A stretch of DNA of 64,000 nucleotides from the human T2T-CHM13v2.0 reference genome, Homo sapiens, in the NCBI RefSeq assembly GCF_009914755.1, contig NC_060938.1. One strand, given 5' to 3'. The position numbers and the translations under genes were made by a program. The notes under the pieces are model-generated. The model did no database searches. It was not told the origin of the DNA and worked only from the letters and a program-made list of their open reading frames with translations. Shown piece by piece: positions 1 to 12,715 of the stretch (position 1 is its first letter; each line of letters starts with the position of its first letter).

Positions 1-4
1 AAAA

Positions 5-351
5 CAGGGGTCCCCAACCTACAGGCTGTGGACCAGTATTGATTTGTGGCCTGTTAGGAACCAGGTCACACAGCAGGAGGTGAGCAGCAGGCCAGTTAGA
101 ACTGCTGCCTGAGCTGTGCCTCCTGTCAGATTAGGGCAGCATTAGATTCTCATAGGAGTGCAAACCCTATTGTGAACTGTGTATGTGAGGGACCTAGTTT
201 GCATGCTCCTTATGAGAATCTAACTAATGCCTGACGATCTGAGGTGGAACAGTTTTATTCTGAAAATATCCCTCTCTCCCAGCTTCCAGTCTGTGGAAAA
301 ATTGTCTTCCATGAAACTGGTCCCTGGTGTCAAAAACATTAGTGACCGCTG
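5..351 (+). mobile_element. MER1B (hAT-Charlie non-autonomous DNA transposon), full length
   Basis: Starts CAGGGGTCCCCAACC and ends GTGACCGCTG (terminal inverted repeats). The body follows the recalled MER1B consensus. CCTTAAAA follows; only AAAA of the left TSD is inside the window. Confidence 0.9.
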
Positions 352-375
352 CCTTAAAAAACTGGGGGTTTCTGC

Positions 376-1042
376 AACAGATGCTGGAGAGGATGTGGAG
401 AAATAGGAATGCTTTTACACTGTTGGTGGGTGTTAAATTATTTCAACAATTGTGGAAGACAATGTGTGGTGATTCCTCAGGGATCTAGAACTGGAAATAC
501 CATTTGACCCAGCAGTCCCATTACTGGGTATATAATCAAAGGATTATAAATCATTCTACTACAAAGACACATGCACACATATGTTTATTGTGGCACTGTT
601 CACAATAGCAAAGACTTGGAACCAACCCAAATGCCCATCAATGATAGACTGAATAAAGAAAATGTGGCACATACACACCATGGAATACTGTGCAGCCATA
701 AAAAAGGATGAGTTCATGTCCTTTGCAGGGACATGGATGAAGCTGGAAACCATCATTCTCAGCAAACTAACACAGGAACAGAAAACCAAACACTGCATGT
801 TCTCACTCATAAGTGGGAGTTGAACAACAAGAACACATGGACATGTGGGGGCAGGGGGGAACATTACACACCGGGCCTGTCGGGAGGTGGGGGGCTGGGA
901 AAGGGATAGCATTAGGAGAAATACCTAATGTAGATGATGGGTTGATAAGTGCAGCAAACCACCATGGCACATGTATACATATGTAACAAGCCTGCAAGAT
1001 CTGCACAAGTACCCCAGAACTTAAAGTATAATTTTAAAAAAA
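376..1042 (+). mobile_element. 5'-truncated L1PA 3' end (L1PA7/8-like)
   Basis: ORF2 C-terminus and 3'UTR (GGATAGCATTAGGAGAAATACCTAATGTAGATG...CCCAGAACTTAAAGTATAAT). TSD AAAAAACTG(G/T)GGGTTTCTG at ~356-374 and ~1037-1055. Confidence 0.92.
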
Positions 1043-1269
1043 CTGTGGGTTTCTGAAGCTTCAGGTTCTTCAGTTGCAACATAAACTCACCATTTGTGCA
1101 GCAGATGTGGAACATATGAGAACATGAAGATAATTCTGCTTGCTATGTTGTAAGTAATGAAGCCTTTTGCCTCTGATCCAGGAGTCTGGTGTAGTCTTCT
1201 AGCTTCTGTTAAATTGTAGCAGGCTAAGTTACTTGCTTACATACATCAGATTCTTCACAGTTTTTGACC
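1043..1269 (+). mobile_element. 3' part of an old ERV LTR (MER77/MER21/MER68-like)
   Basis: CTCTGATCCAGGAGTCT...GCAGGCTAAGTTACTTGCTT...CTTCACAGTTTTTGAC resembles the recalled 3' end of this LTR group. Confidence 0.5.
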
Positions 1270-1439
1270 TTTGGTTTGGCAGGAGTATGTGGCTTCAACC
1301 CTTAGAAGATGTGACAACCAGTAAATGTCGTAGAATGTATTAATATTCAGCAAATTTCCTTCTTCCCCACCTGCCACTGGAAGAGGGTACTTTCTCACTG
1401 AAATGATGCCATCTTTACGTATGTGATTTACTCTTTGTG

Positions 1440-1720
1440 ACTACTGTATGAATAGAGGTTACAGATATGCTTGTGTGGGTCGGTTTGAGCTCTTGCAATC
1501 ACATCTCCCACCATGATAAGAGCATGCCCAAGTAGCTATTGATCTCAGAATGCAGAAAGAAATTAAGTTGACTTAAACTAAACTTTAGCCTAGAGTGAAG
1601 TCCGGAAACTCAGTCAATATCAACTGAATCTGTTAGGCACAGCTGAACAACATTTGGTAAACAGAACTGCAAGAGAAAAATAAAGTTTGTTGTTGAAGCC
1701 ATTAAGATATATGGTCATAC
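1440..1720 (+). mobile_element. MLT1I/J-like MaLR LTR fragment
   Basis: CCACCATGATAAGAGCATGCCCAAGTAGC and terminal AAATAAAGTTTGTTGTTGAAGCCATTAAGAT motifs. Confidence 0.5.
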
Positions 1721-2072
1721 TGAAAAGTATGCATTAGGCCCTGAGCAATAGATGGTGATGCTAGGAATGATTATCTGATTTTTTCCAAAAAAATTTGTCA
1801 CCTCACCGCAATTATTTTTACCTGCAAGATCAAAATTCCCTTTATGGGAAAAATGTGTAATTGGAATATAATATTCTTCGGCTTAAGGTAATAATAATAA
1901 GAACCTTAGCACTGTTGTAGGCCACTAAAATATGCAAATTACTTCCTAATTTTACTGCATGAATGAGAAAATTAGAGGATTTTGGGGTGACTTTTGTGCC
2001 TTTTTTTATACTTCGAATGTAGACTTTCATAAACCTACTCAGAACTCAAATTTAGGCTATCACAATTAATTC

Positions 2073-2120
2073 CTCTCTCTCTCTTTCCCTCCTTCTCTCT
2101 CTCTCTCTCTATATATATCT
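2073..2120. repeat. compound (CT)n-(AT)n microsatellite
   Basis: Directly visible. Confidence 0.8.
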
Positions 2121-2534
2121 TAAAATACACACATTGCATCTATGTAATTAGCACATTTCCTGAGACAAAGGATGCTTTTACTTGAAAAGAAATTAATATT
2201 TTCTACAAAAACAATGTTACCAACATTTTATACGAATGCACATGTGTGTATATAAACAATACATCTTCCATATTCTATATGCAATAAATCTCCTATATTC
2301 TTAACCAATAATTATTAGAGATAATGACTAACATTGGCAAAGTTTTTGGCCAGGGGACATAGGAATATCTGAATCTGACTCCTGATGAGAGACCTTCCTT
2401 CTTGATTGAGCTGTATTTGAACTCAGTTTGAACCTTTGTGTCTGTGCTCTTACCAAACTTTGTGTGCAGTGTACTGAATGAATGCACTACGAAGTTTCTA
2501 TCAGTAACGGACAGCACAGCATTGCCTCAGATGC

Positions 2535-2715
2535 TCAAAGACCAATACAATAGCCACTAGCAACATGTGGCTATCTAAAATTAAATGAGTATTGATTAAA
2601 ATAATATGAAACCAGAAATTCCTTCCTCTGTCACACTAGCCACATTTCAAGTTTTCACTAAGCTACATGTCACCGATGGCTACCATATTGAAAAGCACAG
2701 ATAAAGAACATCTAT
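2535..2715. mobile_element. MER33-like hAT-Charlie element (partial)
   Basis: TAGCCACTAGCAACATGTGGCTA...CACACTAGCCACATTTCAAG...GGCTACCATATTG...GCACAGATAAAGAACAT. Confidence 0.7.
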
Positions 2716-2723
2716 AATTATTG

Positions 2724-2855
2724 CCTGTAATTGTGGCAACCAGGGACAACTGGATCCTGCTGTTAATCAGCTTTCTATATCTCAAGGTCTCCTGGATGCA
2801 TGCACTTAGAATCATGCCCAGGAAGAAAATAAAAACTTAATATTGGCTGGGTCTT
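2724..2855 (+). repeat. ~130 bp direct repeat, copy 1 (copy 2 at 5167-5301)
   Basis: Both copies run CCTGTAATT...AATATTGGCTGGGTCTT, with a 44 bp identical core at 2753-2796. Confidence 0.92.
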
Positions 2856-2869
2856 AGGCCTGTGAGAGA

Positions 2870-3215
2870 ATGATTAACTGAATGTGTCCTCCCAAAATTC
2901 ATGTTGAAATGCTAACCCTCAATGTGATGGTATTAGGAAGTGGGACCCTTGGAAGAAGATTAGGTAATGGGGGTAGTGTTTTCATGAATAGGATTAGTGC
3001 CGTTATAAAAATGAGCTCCCTAGCTCTCTTCCTGTCACATGAAGATGCATCAGGAAGTCGGCCATCTGCAACCCAGAGAAGGGCTCTCACCAGAACCGGA
3101 CTACACTGGCCTACTAATCCCAGACTTCCAGCCTTCATAACTGTAAGAAATAGATTTCTGTTGTTTATAATGCACCAAGTATATGATAGTCCATGTAGCA
3201 TTCTGAACTAAGACA
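2870..3215 (+). mobile_element. MLT1A-type MaLR solo LTR
   Basis: CTGAATGTGTCCTCCCAAAATTCATGTTGAAATGCTAACCCTCAATGTGATGG...TGAACTAAGACA. Confidence 0.82.
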
Positions 3216-3779
3216 GAGGGCATGGTATTCTGTGAGGAAATAGTGAGAAGAGCAACAACTGGGTTTTAATCCCAAATCAGATTGCACAACATTCTACCTC
3301 CAAGCTCCTCACAAAAACTCACCTTTCATCAGATTACAAATTAACTGGGCTTTGGTTATGCTTCTCTAAAGGTAGAAAAGTAAAACCCCATTCTGTCATT
3401 TTTCATTTCCCTACTGTAGCAACATTGATTTATATTTGCTAGTTCCTAAGTCCTGACTGAGAATAAAAGAAACTAAGAAATCTTGAGCTCATAGAGCAAA
3501 AACTATGACTCCTATCAGTGCACAGTCCCAGTGTACGAGGATGGAGCAATCCATCTCTCCCTGTTTTTAGGGCCTATTACCTTGGCCTAAAATATTACTA
3601 ACATTGTTTCTGGATTTATGGCAACTGCAGATGATGCTGAAAATACTTTTTTCTCCCAAATTAGCTCTGACCTCCAGAGGCAATGATATTCCTGCAACCT
3701 GGGGTCACCAAGGAACATGATCCTTAAACTTGAAAAAAGAAATCTTTTACAGGCCATAATCAGGTTCTGACCATCATCT

Positions 3780-3950
3780 TGCAAGTCCAAGTGTTGTCTA
3801 TAGATAACCAGCATTAGCAAAAACTTGAAGCTTTTTTTTTTTTTAAATGGAAAATCTCATGCACCATCCTGGACATAACTGAATCAGAATCTGAATCTAA
3901 ACAAGATTTTCACATGACTTAAATGCACATTACAATTTGAGAAGCGTTAG
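3780..3950. mobile_element. MER5B-like hAT-Charlie element
   Basis: ACTGAATCAGAATCTG...AACAAGAT...ATGCACATTACAATTTGAGAAGC. Confidence 0.7.
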
Positions 3951-4044
3951 CCAAGGAGCCTTCTTTCTAGTGCAGAAAGACTGCCTTTGGTTCGAGACTT
4001 TTTCAGCACAAATGCCGATAAACTAAGTTGTGAGGTACTCAACG

Positions 4045-4230
4045 TTGTGATAATAAAAATATTCTTTATGTGTGCTTTCCCACATGATAACCATTGGTAA
4101 CATGTAACTTATTGAAACTTGAAATGTGGCTAGTGTGATGGAGGAAGAAATTTCTAGTTTCATATTATTTTTATCAACACACATTTAATTTTAGATAGCC
4201 ACATGTTGCTAGTGGCTATTGTGTTTCACT
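4045..4230. mobile_element. MER3-like hAT-Charlie element
   Basis: CTTGAAATGTGGCTAGTGTGA...TAGCCACATGTTGCTAGTGGCTA. Confidence 0.7.
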
Positions 4231-4379
4231 TTGAGGATCTAAGGCAATGCTGTGCTGTCCCACTGTTACTGATAGAAGCTTCATAGCGCATTCACTCAGA
4301 ATATTGCAAAGTTTTATGGTAAGAACATAGACACAAATATTCAAACTAAGTTAAAATATAGTTCAAACATGTACAAGCT

Positions 4380-4540
4380 TTGCAGCCTTGAGTAAAAAAC
4401 CTCTTATGCCTCAGTTTCCTCACTTACAACATGACAAATAATACTTGTTTATGATTATTATAAAATTAAATGAATTAATACTATAAAGTCATTAGAGCAG
4501 TGTCAGGAAATAGTACTGTAGTACTAAATATATGTTTGTT
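4380..4540 (+). mobile_element. MIR SINE fragment
   Basis: Core TGCCTCAGTTTCCTCAC...ATTAAATGA...TAGAGCAGTGTCAGG. Confidence 0.65.
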
Positions 4541-4542
4541 AA

Positions 4543-4900
<358 letters not shown>

Positions 4901-5166
4901 AGGAGTGAGTTTTAACTATTTTTCGGGAGCCAAGCATCACATTTCCCACAGAAAAATCTGTTAAACACAGTTAAGACAAACAATGATAGGGAAGGAAGCA
5001 ACATTGTGAATAAATGCCTATGAAATTCTTAAGATTTGAGAAGTGTTTGAAAAAGTTTCTCCTGAAGATATTGTCATCTGAATTGAGAATCATTGTCCTA
5101 ATGGCCTTTTTAAATTCAGATATATTAGTAGTCCTGCTTGAACTATGTCAAATGTGAGACATGGAA

Positions 5167-5301
5167 CCTGTAATTATGGAAGCCTGGGATGCCTAGATCC
5201 TGCTGTTAATCAGCTTTCTATATCTCAAGGTCTCCTGGACGCATACACTTAGAATAATGCCCAAGAAAATATTTAAAAAAATTAAATATTGGCTGGGTCT
5301 T
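5167..5301 (+). repeat. ~130 bp direct repeat, copy 2
   Basis: Core at 5196-5239 is identical to 2753-2796. Confidence 0.92.
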
Positions 5302-5518
5302 TGACCTCAAAGTTCAAAGAAAGCTTTACTTTGTCTATACCAGATAATTCCACTATGTGCTGCGATTAGATAGGCTTCAATGGCTTTTTTTTTTTTTTTT
5401 TAATCACAATTCTTTTCCTGGTTTCTGCTCAATAGAATAGGGTATGCAGATCTGGGAATGCATTTCATCTAAAGTAGGAGGAAGCCCTAGGAACATTTAC
5501 CTCAATGGAATAAAGGAG

Positions 5519-5520
<2 letters not shown>

Positions 5521-5554
<34 letters not shown>
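5521..5554. repeat. (GT)17 microsatellite
   Basis: Perfect dinucleotide run. Confidence 0.95.
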
Positions 5555-5555
<1 letters not shown>

Positions 5556-7639
5556 AGAAGCAAAGAGAGACAGAGAATATGAAAAATGAAAAATGAGAGA
5601 CATGGCCACACACCTTTCTTTGAAAAGGGGATAATATCCCTGAATGGCCTCATTCTTCCAGCTTCTAAGCAGAAAACAAGCCTGAGGTGAGAATTTTACC
5701 TAAGTACACTTGACTTTTAACTGGAAAACTACCCTTTGAAATGTCTTTCATCTTGTCCGCTAAAAACCTTTTCCTCCTTAGGACTACATTAAAGGAAAGT
5801 AATAAGTAAGTAAGTCTGAGTTTTAACAAGAAGCTAAAAATCGCATTTTAGACCTTCCCTTTTTCAGTTACGGTAAAAAGCAGAGTCCCAGAACAACTAT
5901 CTCAGATGGAGACACTCCATATGACCGCAATCGGGCTGGTCAGTGGGACATATGCACTGCGCAGTGAACTACATGCATGAGAAAGACAGGGCAGAACCTA
6001 ATCAGCAAAAATGTCATGCCTTATAGACTTATCTTGGTGTCCGTTTTTTTAATTGCAGATTTTTCTAATTTTTTTTTTGCAGGTTTTTACAATTATTATC
6101 CTTTTTTGTGTGTGTTCTAGATTTTTATCATGAATTAGTCTTAAATTAAGAATTATGACCAGTCTATTTCCATTCCTTTAGCTAGCTTTCACAACATTTC
6201 TACTATGCATATGCAAACTGGGGATTGAATGACAACTGTATCATATTTAGTGCTGATAATATATATTCAGATAATATTTTGTTGCACAGTTCCTTTTTAA
6301 CATCTTAAAAGGGAATCTAAAGAACAAACACTCAAAATATGCCTGCAGTTTTAGGTGTTAGGCTAATTGTATTACTTTATATTTTGAAATAGAAACTCAA
6401 TGGCAACACAATTCTTAAGTGGCTAAATATAGTAGATTGTTTTTTCCCCAATGATTATAAAGTTTAGCTCATTTATTTATTAGTATAGTCATTAATATAT
6501 GCATTATGTAACTATTCTTTGTATGTGTGTTGTATCTGTGATTTGAAGGATGGCAAAAGTGAAAGAGAAAATAAGACAAATTAGGAATCAGGCATGTGAA
6601 TCCCTTGTTTTGTTTCTATTGATGGCTTTCTTATTTCAGGCTGCTTTTGACTAAAGCAGTTTTCTGACTTAGTGTTTTTACTCTTTCAACTCACAAAGTA
6701 AAATTAACTTTTTACATGGTAACTGCTATATTTAAATAGTTCTAGAAAAATGAAACACCTTTTAGTTGCTTGCTTAATGGTAATACCCTTACTTCCCTGA
6801 TTATAGGACATAGCTAATCCCAAGTACTTTGTCAGTTTTCCCTTCAACTGAAGATTGACATTATTTTGCAAAGCACTTTAGCAGGGGGACAAATCTTTAT
6901 ATGTTTTTATTGGGAAACATATGATTATTCTCAAAGACTATTTATACTACATAATGTATATTGATCCATTATTTTTCTATCATATCATTGACAAATATAA
7001 TTATTTAAATATAAAGGAAATATATTGATTAATATACTATTCTTATTTCAAAAATAACATTATTCAAGTTTTACCAAAATGTAAAAGACATCTTATTCTG
7101 TGACTGGGTTTTTGACTGAGGACCCTCATATAAGAACTTAATAGTATAGCAACATTTTCTGAAGAGAACTTTTTTAACAAAAGAAAATAAAGTTTATAAA
7201 TGAAGCTTTTACTTATAGGATTTAATTTTGGTCATTGATCTTACTCCAGATACGCCCATTATAAAACTGTAATTAGAAAGGAAAAATACCTACTTTAAGA
7301 AAGTATTGGTTTTTAGCTGGTTCTTCTTTTCATAAGTGAACAAAAGAGATTAGAGGCCTTGACTTTGAAGAGTAAAAGTTAAGAAATCTGGATAAGAAAA
7401 AGAACTTAAATATATGAAATAATTAAAGAACATCAATATAGTATGACTATAGTTAGTAGAATATGACAGGTAGGCAAAATTTGTTATCCTAGATCTCAGT
7501 TCTTCGTCAGTGCTTTTTTTGTGTTTTTCAAAAGTGGGAGAAAATTTGACTTCATATTACTAGGATTTCTTAATCCATTTTCATTTATTTTATTGTCTCA
7601 ACTCTCCCTTCCCTATTCTACGCATCTTTCCAAACCAAA

Positions 7640-7698
7640 TAACAGGCATTCGATACATTCTTATTGAATAAATGAATGAATGAATGAATGAATGAACT
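7640..7698 (+). mobile_element. L2 3' tail with (TGAA)n
   Basis: TATTGAATAAATGAATGAATGAATGAATGAATGAA is typical of an L2 end. Confidence 0.55.
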
Positions 7699-8284
7699 GT
7701 GATATAACAAAAAAGGAACCACTATAAGTGAGAAGTTTGGCATTCATTAGGTAATTCTGAACACTATGACATTTTTCAGAATGAATCTAATGAGTTCTGT
7801 GATGTCAGGTTCAGGAACTAAGTCTAACAGGCTAGATCCCTTGATACTTTTTTCTTAGTGATCCCTAAAGTCTTTAACATATTGTCTAAAATAGCACACT
7901 GTCTTTTATATATATTTCAATTATTTTCTAATTTGCGGTTATTATCAATTTTTAACATTTTTGCTATGAATAAACATGAAATTTTATGTAATCATGTTTA
8001 TGTCTTTGTTTTGTGTTAGTTTTTATATTTTAAAATTTCTCCTATCTAACTGAAATTTTGTATCCCTTGATCAACATCCTTATTTTTACACATAAAAAAA
8101 TTTGATCAATCCTAAGTTAGAAAAATAGTAGTCTATATTTATCTACACTTTGTTCTTTATTATTTAATTGTTATATATTTAAGCTATTTAAAATTTATTT
8201 AAAATTTAACATGTATTTTTTGTATGATTTGGCAAAGAGTATTTGTTATCACTCAATATAAATTATAGCTTTCTTCTTCAATAA

Positions 8285-8465
8285 AAGAACCCCAAATTTA
8301 TTTGTGGATGGTAAAGTTTATAGCTAAAATTCTATGAAAACCTTTCTTTCAGCTAAGGACAGTCATACATACTAATTCATACCTCTGAGATAGAATTAAA
8401 AAGATTATGTCAGACTTCTGGGAAGCCTGCTTAAATGGAGTTGACTCAGCTAGAAAGCACCCTCC
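8285..8465 (+). mobile_element. MLT1J-like MaLR LTR fragment
   Basis: CAGCTAAGG...GACTTCTGGGAAG...GACTCAGCT motifs. Confidence 0.45.
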
Positions 8466-8499
8466 TATTGCAGAGCTTGAGACAGGTCTGACTCAAATT

Positions 8500-8990
8500 T
8501 ATTACCACATAGATCATTCCTTTCTTTTATTAATTGCTTATCAGAATCCTCTTACTCTAACATTGAGAAACCTGGCTTCCACTATTTGTCTTTCATTTAT
8601 GAATTGTTTAATTTCAGTATGCATATATTTCAGAATTGTTAAGTCTTACACTGTGAGAAATAACTTTATCAACTAAAAGAGTGTTTGTATTTAGTTCCTT
8701 TTGCCTTTAGTGTTACAGTCTTTACTCATTTCCAAAATTAGTTAGGTCAGCTCTTTCTCTACCACACCTCCTTTGGTGAGGCTATTTAATCTTAGGTGAA
8801 ACAATAAGATCAGTCTCATTCCACTTTGGAATTTTCAGATCTCTTAAATGATTTTTATTTAATCTGCATTCATTAAGCTTCACTATTTGTCCTGCAAAGT
8901 TACAGAAGTTTTGACAAATCCAAACTGTCATGTATACACCATTACATGTAATTCAGAACAGTTTTTCTGCCCTAAAAATTGATGTCTGAT
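8500..8990 (-). mobile_element. L1MC-type 3'UTR fragment
   Basis: GTTCCTTTTGCCTTTAG...CTCATTTCCAAAATTA..TAGGT is the reverse complement of the L1MC 3'UTR seen at ~62520-62960. Confidence 0.6.
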
Positions 8991-9259
8991 TTACCTGTTC
9001 AATTATATTTCTGTTTGTAATTCTACCTCTCATCTGTATATTTCTAACTAAAGTCAGACTTCCAACATACCACTGGAGGACAAGAATCATGTCAAACTCA
9101 AGATGAAATAGTATTCTCAACAAGGGTAGGTAGTCTGATAACTAGTCTGGTAGCTGACCCCAAGTATCCATGCTTTCCAGTATTCATCCTCATAGGCGAT
9201 AGTTATATAAACCATTTTAACCTGCCGCACAGGTGATTAAAATTCTGTTAACTCTTAGT

Positions 9260-11400
9260 TATGCCTAGAAAAAAATATCTCTACAGTGGATCTGGGCTGC
9301 AGTGCAAGTTTATCACCCAGAGACTCAATGATACTAGAAGAGTATGTAGCTGATGAGAAAGCTGATAGAGCTTGAGGCAAGTCTTTATAAGACAACTGTC
9401 ATAGAGACTCTAGTCTTTTTAAGCAAGTAAAGGTATAATTTTTTAGAAATAGCTGTGACATGAAATATGGCCTTGACAGAGAATGAAGAACATATCAAGA
9501 ACAACAAATGACCAACATGAATTGTCTCTGATATGCTATTTCATTTACCTGTTTATGAAATGGAATATTTCTAGTGCTCTTTATCATCAAATGCAAATGG
9601 AATATGTGAGGAGGCCTGGCAGTTCCACCAGGATAATGAGTACACCCTTTTACATTTACATGCACACATACCATGAAGACTTGTGGGGTATTCCTATGGC
9701 TAGCTGATTAAAGAAGAAACATTTTTGAGCTTGCACATTATGCTGTGACAATGTAATTGTCTGCTGTGACATTGTAGCACTGTTTGCACTATAGTGCTGT
9801 CCAATTTAATTGGAAAGACAAATAGTCTGCAAAATACATCTAGATTCATCCATGGGCAGGGCTAATGGTTTGACTGGTTGTTTAGTCTACTATTAAGGAT
9901 AGTTTAACATCTGTAAGAAAAAGAAAAGCCTACAAAATCCCTCATTCAACACAATGTGTGTTTATTTCTTCTTATGCTAGCCCAATGTGAGTCTTCATAA
10001 ACAGGCATTGCCCCTGGGCAGCTCTGCCCCAAGTAGCACTCCTTCAATCTAGTGGCTTTACTGCCACCCTGACCTTGAATCCCTCACTGAAATCAAAGCA
10101 TTTCGTGTGTTTGGCAGAGGTTAGTGCAAAATACTTCAGGTCTAGGAGAAAAGTAGGGTGGGGGAGGTAATGAATGGATGTTATCAAATATATTATGGGC
10201 TGAGCCAGGATGTAAAGCACAATTCTTTTTCCTTCACATTTATTGAGACAAAGCTCATCATACTGAAGTACAAATGCAGTCTCCCTGATTTTAGGAAGTC
10301 GAATAAATGTCTCCCTCACAGTTAGAGATTTGGGAGCAGGAAAAGAATGGGAGATGTCAATATCTAGGGAAGAGATATGAAGATATATCCCTTGTAATTG
10401 TGGAGTAACTTCAGAGTATAAGAGTATTTAAATATTATTCAAAGAAACATACTGTACATATTGCTCTTTATAATCGAATTGACAAGATAGTTTACCCTGT
10501 GTGTGTCAGCGAATGTATTGTCTCAAATATCCACCAGTGCTTTCCAAATGGGATCATGAAACAAAAAGAGGCTGTGAATGAATTCAACAGGCAAAACTTG
10601 CCAAACTACTGTTCTGCTGCTGTTCCTTTTGACTAGCTGCAACAGCCAATCCTGCTCTCCAATATAGTACCATACTCCAAGAGAACTAGCTAACCAATTG
10701 CTTGAATGCTGGTTACACTTGACAACTTTTCATTATGGAACCATCAAATATTTGTAACTGAAGTAGACACTTAACCTTTATTTACATTTTTCTTTGCCTA
10801 TACATATGCTTACATGATTTTCTGAGAATTTTGTTCATCATTACTGTTTCCCACATGATATTACTTCTGAGCAAGGAAATTATTTTCCAGTTGAATTTGA
10901 AGATAATCAATTAAACCTCAAAGATTTTCTCTTCTTCCAGCCACAGAATCCACCAAACATATAAAAATTGACTGTAATGCTCTATTAAGGCTCATTACAG
11001 CAGAAACTCAGAGAGAACATCTTCAAAGTTTCAGGTGGAAAATATTCTCTGAAACAGTCAACATATATTTTGAGTTCCAGAAAATAAAGGAAAACATTTA
11101 AGTGCCTCTTTTTCCTTATAAACTTCACCCATTCTCGATATTTCTGAGAACCATCTCTGTCACTCTGCACTCTGCTTTGGAGCTTTTAGAACCTAAGAGT
11201 GGAAAATTATCATGAGACACAAAAAAGATTAAAATTTATGACCCTACCTATACAGCTTCACTTTCTCACAGCACTGGCAAAAGTAAGGAGAAATGATGGT
11301 GGATAAAGTGATGCATTATGGCTCCCAAGGTCAAAGAGAATTGCAGCCATCGAAATCAGGTAAAGCCACGACATGTAGATGGAACGCGAAAATGCTAGGA
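9260..11400 (+). pseudogene. Degenerate ERVL/MaLR-internal pol relic (RT connection, RNase H, integrase, dUTPase-like)
   Basis: Collinear degenerate matches to recalled ERVL Pol motifs: ALQQVQAAVQ (~9280), DPMVLEVSVA (~9320), SIIKWKWY (~9580), WGVPYDQLTEEEK (~9683), YTDSWAVANGLAGW (~9835), QWAHE (~10545), YGTIP..DQ (~10660), LEVLVP..G...DT (~11180). No open frame. Confidence 0.65.
9895..10280 (-). mobile_element. old MLT1(K/L)-like LTR interrupting the ERVL relic
   Basis: The pol collinearity breaks here. GTTTATTTCTTCTTATG, GGGCAGCTCTGC and TCCTTCACATT motifs are present. Confidence 0.35.
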
Positions 11401-12432
11401 ACATCTTAGAACTTTATTTTCTAACCTTCCTGGTGACTCTAGAAAATTCTACTTCTGTAACATTTTGTAATAAATTAGTTTTTCATTTCTAATTTTGGAG
11501 TAGATTATATCTCTAATATGTCAGTATATTGAAAGATATGCTAAATCAGATACCAAATTCACAAGCGTGATGAAAAAGGTAGATCAATTTAACTGGGTTA
11601 TAATTAAAAACATATTTCAGACAAAAAAAGTTTATAAACAATTAAAAGGCAACTGCTTGCCTTTTACAAAGCATATATTGATCCATAGTCTATTGTCAAT
11701 AGATTATAAGCATCTTGACATTAGGAATTATCTATTTGATTATGCTGGATAAATATTGATTAATTGAATAAAATTTTAAAAATGGAATTGAATATTATTC
11801 ATAGAAAAATAATTTATAAAGAATTGTATTCATTAGAAAATAATTCATTAGTAAAAGAGTAACTTCTATATTTTAAAATAGAAATTTAAAGTATTCAACA
11901 ATGAGAAAAATTACATCATGAACCATTGTTCTAGCTAATTGAATGGCATTCTCTAGTGAATTATGTATTAGTCTATCACATTGACAGTGAAATGAAATGT
12001 CATCACAAGATGGACAGTAGATTTGTTTATATTTTTGTATTAATTTAAAAATTATTTTGTTATACTTTTTATACAATTAAAAAATAAAGATAACAATTAA
12101 GCCACAAAGGTTAAAAAGAGGGGGAGGGGGCATTCACGGTGCATCTTGATTAAATAGTCTCCAGATGGCAGTTTAGCACTGCCTGAGTCAAAAACAACAG
12201 CTACAGACCGGGGTATCGCCCGTGTTTTTAGTCTCTTGGTAAAGTGACCACTTAATATTTACCTTTCTCCTTGTGGAAACTTAGTTAATGAAAACTTATT
12301 TTATCCAATTTGCTGTTAATGGCTTTCACAAAATATATCATAAATAGTCCTATAGCATTTAGTTACTCTTGAAAGCAAATATATATAGATTCATTTTTAC
12401 TCAGATTTATATGTTTTTAAAAATAGTGCACA

Positions 12433-12715
12433 GGCCGGACGCGGAGGCTCACACCTGTAATCCCAGCACTTTGTAAGACAAGGCGGGTGGATCAAGAGAG
12501 CAGGAAACCTGGCCAACATTGTGAAACCCTGTCTCTGCTGAAAATACAAAAATTAGCCAGGCGTGGTGTGGGTGCCTGTAATCCCAGCTACTTGGGAGGC
12601 TGAGGCAGGAGAATCACTTGTACTGGGAGAGGGAGGTTGCAGTGAGCCAAGATCGTGCCACTGCACTCCAGCCTGGGCGACGAGCAAGACTCCGTCTCAA
12701 AAAAAAAAAAAAAAA
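12433..12715 (+). mobile_element. AluS with a small internal deletion in the left arm
   Basis: GGCCGGACGCGGAGGCTCAC...CTCCGTCTC followed by poly-A. TSD AAAAA(T/G)AGTGCACA. Confidence 0.93.
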
